Shown here one piece after another: positions 50,213 through 59,589 of a stretch of DNA of 64,000 nt. The notes beneath the pieces are model-generated. The model saw nothing but the letters and a program-made list of their open reading frames with translations, did not search any database and was not told the DNA's origin. Numbering within the stretch: the first letter of the stretch is position 1; each line of letters starts with the position of its first letter. A program made the translations under genes and the position numbers. The DNA is taken from the NCBI GenBank assembly GCA_963675745.2, contig CAXXWX010000016.1, positions 223,261 through 287,260 of the forward strand. Direction: 5' to 3'. Source of the stretch: Phycisphaerae bacterium (GTDB lineage Bacteria > Planctomycetota > Phycisphaerae > UBA1845 > Fen-1342).

Positions 50213-50386
50213 GAGCCCATGCTTCTCCAGTTTGAAGGCGATCCCGTTGCCGAACCCCGGCAGCCTCTTGAAGAAGTGTGGCCCAGACGCCCCCGGCCGC
50301 GTCTCTGGCACCTAAAACGGCGGTCTCGCCCCCACGAATTGACTTCTGCAACAGGCTGCCAGGTAAACCCGGTCCACGTCGAGCTC
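50213..50386 (-). ncRNA. Candidate structured rod-like RNA, possibly 6S-like
   Basis: Nested stems read by eye (GAGCTC/GGGCTC, GGCAGCCT/AGGCTGCC, GAAGT/ACTTC, AGACGC/GCGTCT); G-U pairs favour the minus strand. Confidence 0.35.
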
Positions 50387-51091
50387 CGGGGGGCAGGTAG
50401 CCCCAAAGAGGAGGGGAGGTCTCCAGACCCCGCGTCGGGCCCGCGCACCGGGGTCTATTGCGGCTCGCATTACGCCGTCATGCCACGTCCCATTCTTACC
50501 CGGTGGCGGACGACTCCAGACGAAGCCTTCTCACTCTCGACCCCGGCAATAGAAAGGGCCTGCGCCGCTTGGCGCAAGCCCTTCGAATGCAGCGTCCAAC
50601 AAGGGCAACCGGCCAGTGCCGATGGGAGCGGATGACGGAACCCTTGAACAACGTGGGTGGCTTGGAGCAACTCAGACCGCCAACCTCAATGGGGGTCGGT
50701 ACGTCGTTTGTGCCTTAGACAAGCCTCCTCAAGGGTCGTGTTATCGGTTCGGTCGATCGATTCTCCCGGTCGTGCACGGCAGTCGCGTCCTCGTGGACCG
50801 CCTCATAAATGACCATACTAGTATACCACGAAGGCTTGCCAAGGGCGCCGGATTCCGCTCTGAATCTGGAGTCGATATGCAAAAACCTCGGCGCCCCGGC
50901 GGCGGGTCTGCGTGGTTCGCAGGCGACCCGGATTGCCCGCGGAACGTCCACGCCCAGGGCGATCTACTGTATCCTCTTCCGCTTACAGGAGCTACGATAC
51001 GGCGTGAGAAGCGCGGGCTGCCAGGGACGCAGCTGCCGCCCGTTGCAGCCCGGCGTACTTGTGCTTTAAGGCGCTCTCTTCTTTCGGTATT

Positions 51092-51107
51092 TGGTATGCA
51101 AGTTGCT
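51092..51107 (+). promoter_or_regulatory. Candidate sigma-54 promoter upstream of trpA
   Basis: TGGTATGCAAGTTGCT has GG-N10-GC spacing, 40 nt before the ATG. Confidence 0.45.
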
Positions 51108-51147
51108 TGCCCCGGGCCGCCCGGGTGGGAATAAGGGAAATCGGCTG

Positions 51148-51981
51148 ATGGCCTCGGATCGTCTGACTGAACGGCTGCGCGGGCTCGCTGCACCGCAACG
51201 CGGCACGCTGCTGCCTTACTACACCGCCGGCTTGCCCGACGACGCCAGCACTGTCGCGCTCATTCGCAGCGCCGACGAACTGGGCGTGGCGGCGGTTGAG
51301 ATTGGATTCCCCTATTCGGATTCGATCGCCGACGGGCCGGTGATTCAGGAGTCGTTTTACCGAGTGCTCGAGCGCGGGCACCGGGTGGCGGACGCCTTTA
51401 AGCTGGCGGCTGAGGTGCGGCCTACGGTTTCCTGCGGCTTGATCGCGATGGTCTCCTACTCCATCGTCTATCGCTTGGGAGTGCGGGAGTTCATGGCGCG
51501 GGCGGCGGAGGCGGGCTTCGATGGAGTGATCGTGCCGGATGTGCCCGTCGAGGAGGCACAGGCGCTGACGGAGGCGGCCGCTGGTGCCAAGCTGTGTCAC
51601 ATAGGCCTGGTCGCGCCGACCACCCAGCCGGCGCGGCGGGCGGCGATCGCCCGGGCGTCCACCGGTTTCGTCTATCAGATCGCGGTGGCGGGCACCACGG
51701 GTGAGCGGGCGGAACTGCCGGCGGAGTTGCCCGCCGAGGTGGCGGCTGTGCGCCGCGAAAGCGGCCTGCCCGTCTGTGTAGGATTCGGTATCAGCACGGC
51801 GGCGCAGGTGCGGGCGGTCTGCACCGTGGCGGAGGGAGCGATTGTGGGCAGCGCCCTGGTGCGCCGGGTTACGGCTGCGGCGGTAGAGGGACTGCGGGGG
51901 GACGAGCTTGCCGCCCGCGTGCAACCGTTCCTCGCCGAGTTGTGGTCCGGGGTTGATGACTCCCGCGCCATGTCCGCCTAA
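51148..51981 (+). CDS. trpA: Tryptophan synthase alpha chain
   Basis: EIGFPYSDSIADGPVIQ, LVAPTT, GTTG, VGFGIS, IVGSA. Confidence 0.96.
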   Translation: MASDRLTERLRGLAAPQRGTLLPYYTAGLPDDASTVALIRSADELGVAAVEIGFPYSDSIADGPVIQESFYRVLERGHRVADAFKLAAEVRPTVSCGLIAMVSYSIVYRLGVREFMARAAEAGFDGVIVPDVPVEEAQALTEAAAGAKLCHIGLVAPTTQPARRAAIARASTGFVYQIAVAGTTGERAELPAELPAEVAAVRRESGLPVCVGFGISTAAQVRAVCTVAEGAIVGSALVRRVTAAAVEGLRGDELAARVQPFLAELWSGVDDSRAMSA

Positions 51982-52023
51982 ACTAAATAGCTCCCCGCAC
52001 TGGGGAAACCGGGAATCGGCAGG

Positions 52024-52120
52024 GGGTGGCATGGCCAAGCGCAGCGCCGCCATGCTGGTCCGCGGGGAAAGGGCTGGTCCCCATCGCGACATGCCGGCGC
52101 TGCGCTTGGCCATGCCACCC
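52024..52120. repeat. Inverted REP-M doublet
   Basis: 52024-52054 forward, 52090-52120 reverse. Confidence 0.9.
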
Positions 52121-52393
52121 GGTTGGTTTCCCGTTTGCGTGGTCCTGCTCAGTCCAGGTCCCCGAGGGTTTCGTGATCTTGGAAAGATCGGGTTTCACCG
52201 CGCGGCGAGGGCGGATATAATCCGAGCGGCGCGACTACCCAGCGGCGCGGCCGGCGCTTGCCCGATCCAATCCCGCGCAGGAACAAGACTGCGGCGCCAG
52301 GGTCTGGACGAACGATACCCGCGGCACGCTGGCCCCCAGGAGGCACCAACGCTCTAAGCCTCTGGACTTGCAGTTCATTTCGGAGGAACCCTG

Positions 52394-53743
52394 ATGGCTG
52401 AGAACGGCAAACCTGCGACCCATGCTAACTGGCTCGACGCGAGTGGGCTGCCCTACATTGCGCGCACCTTCTCCACCGTGTTGCAGCCTTCACGCCTGGG
52501 CATCGCCCTGGTGTGCCTGCTGACAACGCTGCTTCTGGGTTGGATCATGGATGTGATCTGGAAGCAGGCGGGCAGCGGAGTGGAGCCGAACGCGATCGCC
52601 ACCTACATCCTCGCCCGCCAGACGGACCAGGAGATTCCTGAGTCACCCGCTGGCGAAACCGAAGGTGAGGAGAAGACCACCTGCGGGGTCTTCGAGGTCT
52701 GGTCGCTCCATGAGCGGAACTGCGTGCTGGGCCTGCTGGGCTCGGCGGTGCCCGGGGCGGAGTCGGTGGCGGCCGGCTCGCCGATCGACGCGTATCTGCG
52801 TCAACCTGCAGGGGCGTCATCCACCCTCGCGAGCCTGACCGGGATGCTCTACGGGGTGCTCTGGCTAGCGGAGGCGCGCACCTGCTACTTCGTGCTATTT
52901 ACGCTCGGCGTGCTGTTCGTCTGGTCGCTGGGCGGCGGGGCGCTGTGCCGGATGGCGGCGCTGCATTTTGCCCGGGAGGAGAAGCTCACCATCGGGCAGG
53001 CGCTCAGCTTCGCTCGCCCGCGCTGGTTCGGCAGTTTCTTCCTGGCGCCCATCCTACCCTTGCTGTTCATGCTGGGGGTGATGGTGCTGCTGGTGCTGGG
53101 GGGGATGGTCCTGTGGATTCCGATCTTCGGGGACCTGGTGGCCGGCGGGGCGTTTATCCTGGCGCTGCTCGGCGGCTTCGTGCTCGCGCTGCTCATGCTG
53201 GGTCTGCTGGCCGGGGGCAGCCTGCTCTGGCCTACGGTGGCGGCCGAGGGCTCCGACGCCTTTGATGCCTTCTCCCGCAGCGTCAGCTACGTGCTCTCCC
53301 GCCCGTGGAAGACCATTCTGTACTTCATCATCGCCCTGGTGTACGGCAGTCTCTGCTGGCTCTTCGTGCGCTTGATTACCTTCGCCGCGTTGAAGTTCAC
53401 GCACGTGGTAGTGGGCGTGGGAACCTCCTTTTTCGGGGCGACCTCCAACAAGGTCGAGCGCATCTGGCCCATGGGGGGATTCGGGCAGCTGCACGGCACG
53501 ATCGACTGGTCGCAGTTGACCTGGTACGAGAGCATCTCCGCCTTCTTCGTGTGGGTGGCCGTGGTCGTGGTGATCGCGCTGATGTGGTCGTTTCTGGTTT
53601 CGTTCTACTTCACCATCAGCACGGTGATTTACTTCCTGCTGCGGCGTGACGTGGACCACATCGACCTGGAGGACATCTACTTCGACGAGGAGCCGGAGCA
53701 TGCGACCGGCAGCGCAGGTTCAGACGCGGCGCCTGCAACTTAG
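52394..53743 (+). CDS. Polytopic membrane protein of unknown function
   Basis: Many TM segments, DAFDAFSR, IYFLLRRDVD; GGAGG SD. Confidence 0.8.
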   Translation: MAENGKPATHANWLDASGLPYIARTFSTVLQPSRLGIALVCLLTTLLLGWIMDVIWKQAGSGVEPNAIATYILARQTDQEIPESPAGETEGEEKTTCGVFEVWSLHERNCVLGLLGSAVPGAESVAAGSPIDAYLRQPAGASSTLASLTGMLYGVLWLAEARTCYFVLFTLGVLFVWSLGGGALCRMAALHFAREEKLTIGQALSFARPRWFGSFFLAPILPLLFMLGVMVLLVLGGMVLWIPIFGDLVAGGAFILALLGGFVLALLMLGLLAGGSLLWPTVAAEGSDAFDAFSRSVSYVLSRPWKTILYFIIALVYGSLCWLFVRLITFAALKFTHVVVGVGTSFFGATSNKVERIWPMGGFGQLHGTIDWSQLTWYESISAFFVWVAVVVVIALMWSFLVSFYFTISTVIYFLLRRDVDHIDLEDIYFDEEPEHATGSAGSDAAPAT

Positions 53744-53997
53744 CGCGCTTCTCGATATCGCGCTCCGAGCCGTGGGCTTCAGCCCGCGCGGACTTACCGA
53801 GGGTGAGCGCCACCGGACCTTGGTAACAGGCGGTGCGTGACAGCGAAAAACGCTCTAGTGCTCCGTCAACCCTGGTTTGATAGACAGCAGGGTGGCACGG
53901 TCCAGTTCTGCTGGGCCGTGGTCGGACACTCACACGGGCTGGCTGCGCCGGACCGTGCCACCCGGAACCCATCGACTCAGGTGCAACGCAGCACTAC
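53740..53997. mobile_element. Tandem MITE-A (53740-53858) + MITE-B (53855-53997) sharing CTAG
   Basis: TTAGCGCG...AAACGCTCTAG then CTAGTGCTCCGTC...ACGCAGCACTAC; the first TAG is the stop of the upstream gene. Confidence 0.82.
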
Positions 53998-54096
53998 AGC
54001 AGCTTCACTTCAGACGTAGCGGGCTCGACTAACTCACGCCCCTGGAATACCACGTCCGCCACGGGGGGCGGACGCTACAAGATCGTTCAACAGGCT

Positions 54097-55470
54097 CTAA
54101 TCCTCGTGGCAGGGCAGCACCGCGCTTTCCACTTCCTGCGACCGCGCCCGCGGGCCTTTGGCTACCACCGGCTCGTAATACTCGCGGAACTGGTGCGGCG
54201 TCATGCGCGCCTCGGAGGCCAGCGCCGACAGCACCGTCGGCGACTGGAAGTCTGACTTCTCCAGCCGGATCATGTAGGCCCGGGCCACCTGGTAGGAATA
54301 ACTCGTCATATCCACCTGGCGAATCCGCGTGCGGTTGGTGATCGGATCCACCATCTCCTCGAAAGCGACCGGCACGAGATTGCCCGCCTGCATGGTCGCC
54401 ATGACCCCGGCCGGTAGATCGCAGGTCGAGTCCAGCAGCAAGCGCACCCCCCCGTGACCCAGGTCGCGGGTATAGCTCATGTCCCAAGGCGTCGGCGGCG
54501 CGCTGCGCAGCTCGTAGCCCAACGTATGACCGACGACCGTCATGGACTCGCCCCGCACCTCGGCCCGGCGCGTGAGTTCATCCTTGAGTATCCGTGACAT
54601 GGGCACCTCGGAAAGGCGCGGATGACCGGCGGCGTCGACGGGCACCTCCTTGCCCAGCAGGCGCGACAGCTCCTCCCGGTCCCCCAGTTTGTAAGCCAAC
54701 CCTTCCGACACAACCGCCACCCCGTCCGGGCGACCCATGCTGCGCCGCTTGATCATCGCCCCTTCGATAATGTCCACGATCTCCTTGATCGTGGTGGATT
54801 CCCCGAATTCCTCTGGGATTATTGTAAGCGTGGCACCGGCGGTCTTCCCGATCCCCAACGCCAAAAACCCCGCGTTGCGCCCCATGGTGACGCAGATGTA
54901 CCAGCGCCGCGTCGTCCGCGAATCCTCCATCAGGTTCGCCACGATCTGCGAACCGATGTGACGCGCGGTGGAAAAACCGAAGGTCGGAATATCGCCCGGC
55001 AAGGGCAGATCGTTGTCGATCGTCTTGGGAATATGCACCACGCGGATCATGCCCTCCGCACGTTCGGCGATGAACCGAGCGCTGAGGGCCGTGTCATCCC
55101 CACCAATAGAGAGCAGATGTGTGATACCGAGCTTGCGCAGGCGATTGCAGACGCGGGTGGCTTTCTCCGGGTCAGCCTCGACCACGGTGGAGGTCTTCAG
55201 CTTGGCCTGATCGAGCAGGTTGCGCCTAGAGGCGCGCAGGATGGATCCGCCGCCGAAGTGGATGCGGCTCATCTCATGAATCTCCAGCTCGACCGTGTCG
55301 CGGGCGGGATCGAAATCGTCGGCCGCCAGGTGTTGGAGGCCGTCGTAGAAACCGATTACGCGCAGCCCGTTGTTGACGGCCTCGATCGCCGCGGCCCCGA
55401 TGACCCCGTTGATCCCCGGAGCCGGCCCACCCCCGACGAAGACTCCCATGATCGATTCACGCATGAACAC
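54097..55470 (-). CDS. Phosphofructokinase, probably PPi-dependent
   Basis: GGGPAPGIN, IGGDDT, PKTIDND, MGRNAG, GYELRS. Confidence 0.92.
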   Translation of the reverse strand: MFMRESIMGVFVGGGPAPGINGVIGAAAIEAVNNGLRVIGFYDGLQHLAADDFDPARDTVELEIHEMSRIHFGGGSILRASRRNLLDQAKLKTSTVVEADPEKATRVCNRLRKLGITHLLSIGGDDTALSARFIAERAEGMIRVVHIPKTIDNDLPLPGDIPTFGFSTARHIGSQIVANLMEDSRTTRRWYICVTMGRNAGFLALGIGKTAGATLTIIPEEFGESTTIKEIVDIIEGAMIKRRSMGRPDGVAVVSEGLAYKLGDREELSRLLGKEVPVDAAGHPRLSEVPMSRILKDELTRRAEVRGESMTVVGHTLGYELRSAPPTPWDMSYTRDLGHGGVRLLLDSTCDLPAGVMATMQAGNLVPVAFEEMVDPITNRTRIRQVDMTSYSYQVARAYMIRLEKSDFQSPTVLSALASEARMTPHQFREYYEPVVAKGPRARSQEVESAVLPCHED

Positions 55471-55707
55471 CTCCTGCTGCCAACCCTGGTACCCAGCCGC
55501 CCCTGACGATTATGGACGCTCATCCCGACAAAGGGAAACCCAACAGCCAATTTCCACTAAGACTGTATGGCGCCCCCCCGGCTGGGCCGCTGGAGTATCG
55601 TAGTGAGGTCGCCTCACCTGAACCACCCGTAATCCTAAGCACGGAAAGCCTGCTCGTGGGATCGGCAAGCTGAAGCACGGACCGCAGCTCAGGCGTCTGT
55701 AGCCCCG

Positions 55708-56844
55708 TCAGACAGGCAGGAACGGATCGCAATCGGCCTCGCTGACTTGCACCTCCAGGCCCGGCAGAGCCTGCGCCACCTGGTCCGCCAGGGGCTTGAG
55801 CACCGGTCGCTCGCTCGCCCAGTGGCCCAAGGCAACCGCGCAGCAGCCCCGTCGGCGGATCGTCAAGGCATCATGGTGGCGGATCTCGCCCGTCACGATG
55901 ACGTCCTCCGGACAGAGTCTACCCCTGAACGGGATGCTCCCAGCCGCCCCTACCAGCACCAGGGCGCGGGTCAGTTCGCGGTCCGGCGGGCCCACGACTT
56001 GCACACTGGTGGCCGGAGTGCGGCGTTTGAGCCGGCTGGCAAGCTGACGCAGAGTCGTACGCTGTGCGAATGCACCCACCCGCCCCAAACCGCGCACGGG
56101 CGGCGGTTTCAGCGGATACAGATCGAGGGCAGGCTCCTCGTAGGGGTGAGCCCGGCGCAGCGCCGCCACCACCGCCGGCAGCACCCCCGCCGGCACGACC
56201 GTCTCGAGACGTTGCTCCTCGACATGCTCCAGTCGCCCACGCTCCCCCACGACCGGGTTGGCATCCTCCGAGCCGAAGAAGGTGCCCTGCCCCAAGCTGC
56301 GGAAACTACACCGGGTGTACTCGCCGATCCGCCCCGCCCCTGCGGCGAACAGTGCCTCCGCCACCGGCTCCACCACCTCGGACGGCACGAACACCACCAG
56401 CTTGAACTCCTCTCGTCCCGGCGCCTCGACATACTCCAACGGCTCCGTCTCCTTCAGCCCACAGAGCTGCGCCAACACGTCGTTCGTCCCACCCTGAGCG
56501 GCATCGAGCGCGGTGTGAGGGGCGTAGATCGAAATCCCGAGGCGCACGCAGCGATAGACCGCATCTTCCGTGCCATGACATGGCACACGCAAGGCGGAGA
56601 TCGGTTTGAAGAGCGGCGGATGATAGGCCAGAATCATGCTGTACCTGCCGGTCAACGCTTCACCTACTACCGCCGGGGTCAGGTCGATACAGCAAAGCAG
56701 CCGCCGCACGCGCGTAGTCTCGTCACCCGCCAGCAGGCCGACGTTATCCCAACTTTGCGCCAAACTCAAAGGTGCAATCTCTTCCAACGCGGCACAGACC
56801 TCCTCCACCCGGTAGCGCCGCGCCGCCGCCTTACGTTCAGCCAT
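55708..56844 (-). CDS. Nif3/DUF34 dinuclear metal-centre protein with PII-like insertion
   Basis: WDNVGLL, YHP, HTALD, HPYEEPA, TGE, GHWASE. Confidence 0.92.
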   Translation of the reverse strand: MAERKAAARRYRVEEVCAALEEIAPLSLAQSWDNVGLLAGDETTRVRRLLCCIDLTPAVVGEALTGRYSMILAYHPPLFKPISALRVPCHGTEDAVYRCVRLGISIYAPHTALDAAQGGTNDVLAQLCGLKETEPLEYVEAPGREEFKLVVFVPSEVVEPVAEALFAAGAGRIGEYTRCSFRSLGQGTFFGSEDANPVVGERGRLEHVEEQRLETVVPAGVLPAVVAALRRAHPYEEPALDLYPLKPPPVRGLGRVGAFAQRTTLRQLASRLKRRTPATSVQVVGPPDRELTRALVLVGAAGSIPFRGRLCPEDVIVTGEIRHHDALTIRRRGCCAVALGHWASERPVLKPLADQVAQALPGLEVQVSEADCDPFLPV

Positions 56845-57706
56845 CTTCGTTGCACTCCTTGCGCACCAGCTTACGAAACGAGTCCAGCAACGCCCGCGCC
56901 CACCGCCCCACCTCTCCTGCGCCAATATCGCGCCGCTCCACTCGGATGACCGGCACGACCTGCATCGCCACGTTCGTGAGAAAGACTTCGTCAGCGTCGA
57001 GCAGGTCGTCAATGGTCAGCGGCGTGAAATCCGTATCCATGCCCTCAGCTTGCGCCAACTCCAACACCGCCGCCCGTGCCACGCCGGGCAGCACCGGAGT
57101 CTCCAACGCCGGCGTCCTCAGCACCGAATCCCGCACGACAAACACGTTGCTGATCGAACCCTCCGCCAGGTGGCTGAACTCGGTGAACCACAACGCCTCC
57201 TCGCATCCCGCCCGGCGAGCGTCGCGCAACGCGAGCAGCCGCGGCAGGTAGCATACAGTCTTATGCCCTGCGGTGGGGTCACTCGTGCATTGGCGATAAG
57301 GTGAGACCGCCACGGCCACCCCCTGTTCGTAGAAACGCGGCGGATACGAGATAGCGGGCGTCGCCGTCAGACACACCGACAGCGGCTTGCTCTCGGCGTC
57401 GGCATCCTCCCGCATCGATCCCGCGGTAACCGTCAGGCGCAGGCGGGCACTGGTCAGTTCGTTCCGCGCGAGCAGCTCCTCGAATTGCACCCGCCCGGGC
57501 AAGGGCTCCAAAGCCGCAAAACCGAGCAGCTTCTCCGCCGAGCGCAGCAGGCGCCCCAGATGGGCCTCAAGCCGAAACACCCTGCCGCACTCCGCCCGCA
57601 TGGTCTCGAAGAGCCCCGCCCCGTGCAGCCAACCACCATCATCGATGCCGATCCGGGCATCGCCTGCGGGCACAAACGATCCGTTGAGCCAGACCTCTCT
57701 GCTCAC
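56837..57706 (-). CDS. Class IV aminotransferase, probable aminodeoxychorismate lyase (PabC-like)
   Basis: GLFETMR, HK, EGSISNVF, LPGVAR, EVFLTN; next to pabB. Confidence 0.85.
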   Translation of the reverse strand: MSREVWLNGSFVPAGDARIGIDDGGWLHGAGLFETMRAECGRVFRLEAHLGRLLRSAEKLLGFAALEPLPGRVQFEELLARNELTSARLRLTVTAGSMREDADAESKPLSVCLTATPAISYPPRFYEQGVAVAVSPYRQCTSDPTAGHKTVCYLPRLLALRDARRAGCEEALWFTEFSHLAEGSISNVFVVRDSVLRTPALETPVLPGVARAAVLELAQAEGMDTDFTPLTIDDLLDADEVFLTNVAMQVVPVIRVERRDIGAGEVGRWARALLDSFRKLVRKECNEDG

Positions 57707-57721
57707 GCCTGCACTCCCTCT

Positions 57722-57903
57722 CGGTGCTCCGTCGATCCTCTGTCGAAGGGTGGCACGGTCGAGCTCCGCTCGGCCGTGGTTACTCTCACACGGCACAAAG
57801 CAGAGCTGGACCGTGCCACCCCTCGGCCGCCACGGGGGACGGCCGCTACGCGCTCATGACGTACGTGCTCATGATGTACGCGAACTTGACGTACACGCTC
57901 ACT
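57722..57903. repeat. Partial MITE-B with REP doublet, GTAGCG-type REP (57824-57849) and a degenerate 15 nt tandem repeat
   Basis: GTGCTCCGTC start; GCTCATGACGTACGT-like unit three times at about 57852-57897. Confidence 0.7.
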
Positions 57904-59380
57904 TCTCAGTCGTACGCCTGCTCACGCGTGTACCGCCGCCGGCGGACGGGTCCTTGCGCGTTCGTAAGGCAGGCACCTCATCCTCCAACCCCAAAGCCCG
58001 CAGCATCCCACGCGCCTTGGCCAGACTCTCTTGATACTCAGCCTCGGCGTTGCTGTCAGCCACGATACCACCGCCGGCATAAAGGTGCACCCGGTCATCT
58101 ACCTGCACCATGGTGCGAATGGCGATGTTGAGCCGGAGTGAGCCGTCCAAGCCCAGCCAGCCGATGCCGCCGCAGTACACTCCGCGGGCCGTGGGCTCAA
58201 GTTCGTTGATTATCTGCATGGCGCGAATCTTCGGTGCCCCCGTGATCGAACCGCCGGGAAAGACCGCCCGCAGCAGCGAATGCGCATCCTCCTCCGGCCG
58301 CAACACCCCCTCGATCGTAGCGACGCGGTGATACACCGTCGCCCACTCCTCGATCAGCGCCGCTTCGAGCACCTTCACCGATCCATACGCGCACACCCGC
58401 CCCAGATCGTTGCGCAACAGATCGACGATCATGTTGAGCTCGGCCGCGTCCTTCTCGCTCTCAGCGAGTACCTGCCGCTGCCGGGAATCCTCCGCCGGCG
58501 TCGCACCCCGCGGCACGGTGCCCTTGATCGGCCGGGTCAGCACCTTGCCGTCCCGCAGCTCCAGGAAAAGCTCAGGAGACGAAGAGAGCACCGCCCGCCG
58601 ACCTTCGTCCCACATCAGCAAGGCGGCATAGGTCGCAGGGTTAGCGCACCGCAGCCGCCGGTACACCTCCAGCGGGCTTTCGTGCGTCCGCGTCGTGAAT
58701 CGTTGCGTCAGGTTAACCTGGTAGATGTCGCCCGCGCGGATGTGCTCCAAAGCCCGCTCAACCGCCGCGTCGTATTCAGCGCGCGACAGACTGCCCTCGA
58801 GCGGTCCCGCCCCGCCGGACCGGGCCAGATTCGGTAGCGCCAGACGCCGAGACGCCGCCAACTGCGCGCGCGCCGCCGCCAGGCGCGCCGCGACCGTCGG
58901 TCGCCGCCTTGCCCACGGCTCAGGCCAGTCCACCGCCAGCACATACCACCGGTCGAGCTGGTGGTCGCACACCACCGCCGTGTCGTACAGACAGAAACGA
59001 ACCAACGGCAGATCGACATCCCAGCTTGTCGCCCGCGCAATCCCCTCAATTCCCAGCCCGGCTTCATAGGCCAGGAACCCGACCCAGCCCCCGGGAAACG
59101 GGACTTCCGCCGGGACTTGGGCAATCCGGGGGTAGGCCCCACAACGCTGGGCAAACGCCGCCAGCGGGCACCCGGCGTCGTCCACCCCGAACTCGAACAC
59201 ATCCGCCGGGGAAGCTGCGAAGATGGAGTAGCGTCCGTAACTTACGCCAGGCAGGGAGCTTTCGAGAATCGCCGGCTGGGGCAGCCGCGCAAAACTCACA
59301 ACCACAGCCTCGACCTCGAAGCTGCCATCGACGGGTTCCACCACTACCCGAGCGGGAGGTTTTGCGAGCTGCCGCGCCAT
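57899..59380 (-). CDS. pabB: Aminodeoxychorismate synthase component I
   Basis: GDIYQVNL, SSSPELF, RPIKGT, MIVDLLRNDL, PGGSITGAPK, NIAIRT. Confidence 0.9.
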   Translation of the reverse strand: MARQLAKPPARVVVEPVDGSFEVEAVVVSFARLPQPAILESSLPGVSYGRYSIFAASPADVFEFGVDDAGCPLAAFAQRCGAYPRIAQVPAEVPFPGGWVGFLAYEAGLGIEGIARATSWDVDLPLVRFCLYDTAVVCDHQLDRWYVLAVDWPEPWARRRPTVAARLAAARAQLAASRRLALPNLARSGGAGPLEGSLSRAEYDAAVERALEHIRAGDIYQVNLTQRFTTRTHESPLEVYRRLRCANPATYAALLMWDEGRRAVLSSSPELFLELRDGKVLTRPIKGTVPRGATPAEDSRQRQVLAESEKDAAELNMIVDLLRNDLGRVCAYGSVKVLEAALIEEWATVYHRVATIEGVLRPEEDAHSLLRAVFPGGSITGAPKIRAMQIINELEPTARGVYCGGIGWLGLDGSLRLNIAIRTMVQVDDRVHLYAGGGIVADSNAEAEYQESLAKARGMLRALGLEDEVPALRTRKDPSAGGGTRVSRRTTEK

Positions 59381-59589
59381 CGAGGCCGCAGTATACCACC
59401 GCGCCTCTGTCGCGGGCAGACACCCCGGCAACGACCCTCCCAACGTTGACAGTCCCACCCTGCGAAGATAGGCTAAGTCGTTCGAAATGGAGGCGAAGCT
59501 CGGGGTGCAGGCGGCGTTGAGATGACCTGCCATCGCCTACCACTTGCGCACCTTACAGTACAGTTCAAGCTTGCAAGAGGACCGCAGTC

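Noticed and set aside
50096..51090. Short ORFs in the GlmU-like to trpA intergenic region
   Set aside because: No recognisable motifs, no clear SD and weak codon bias.
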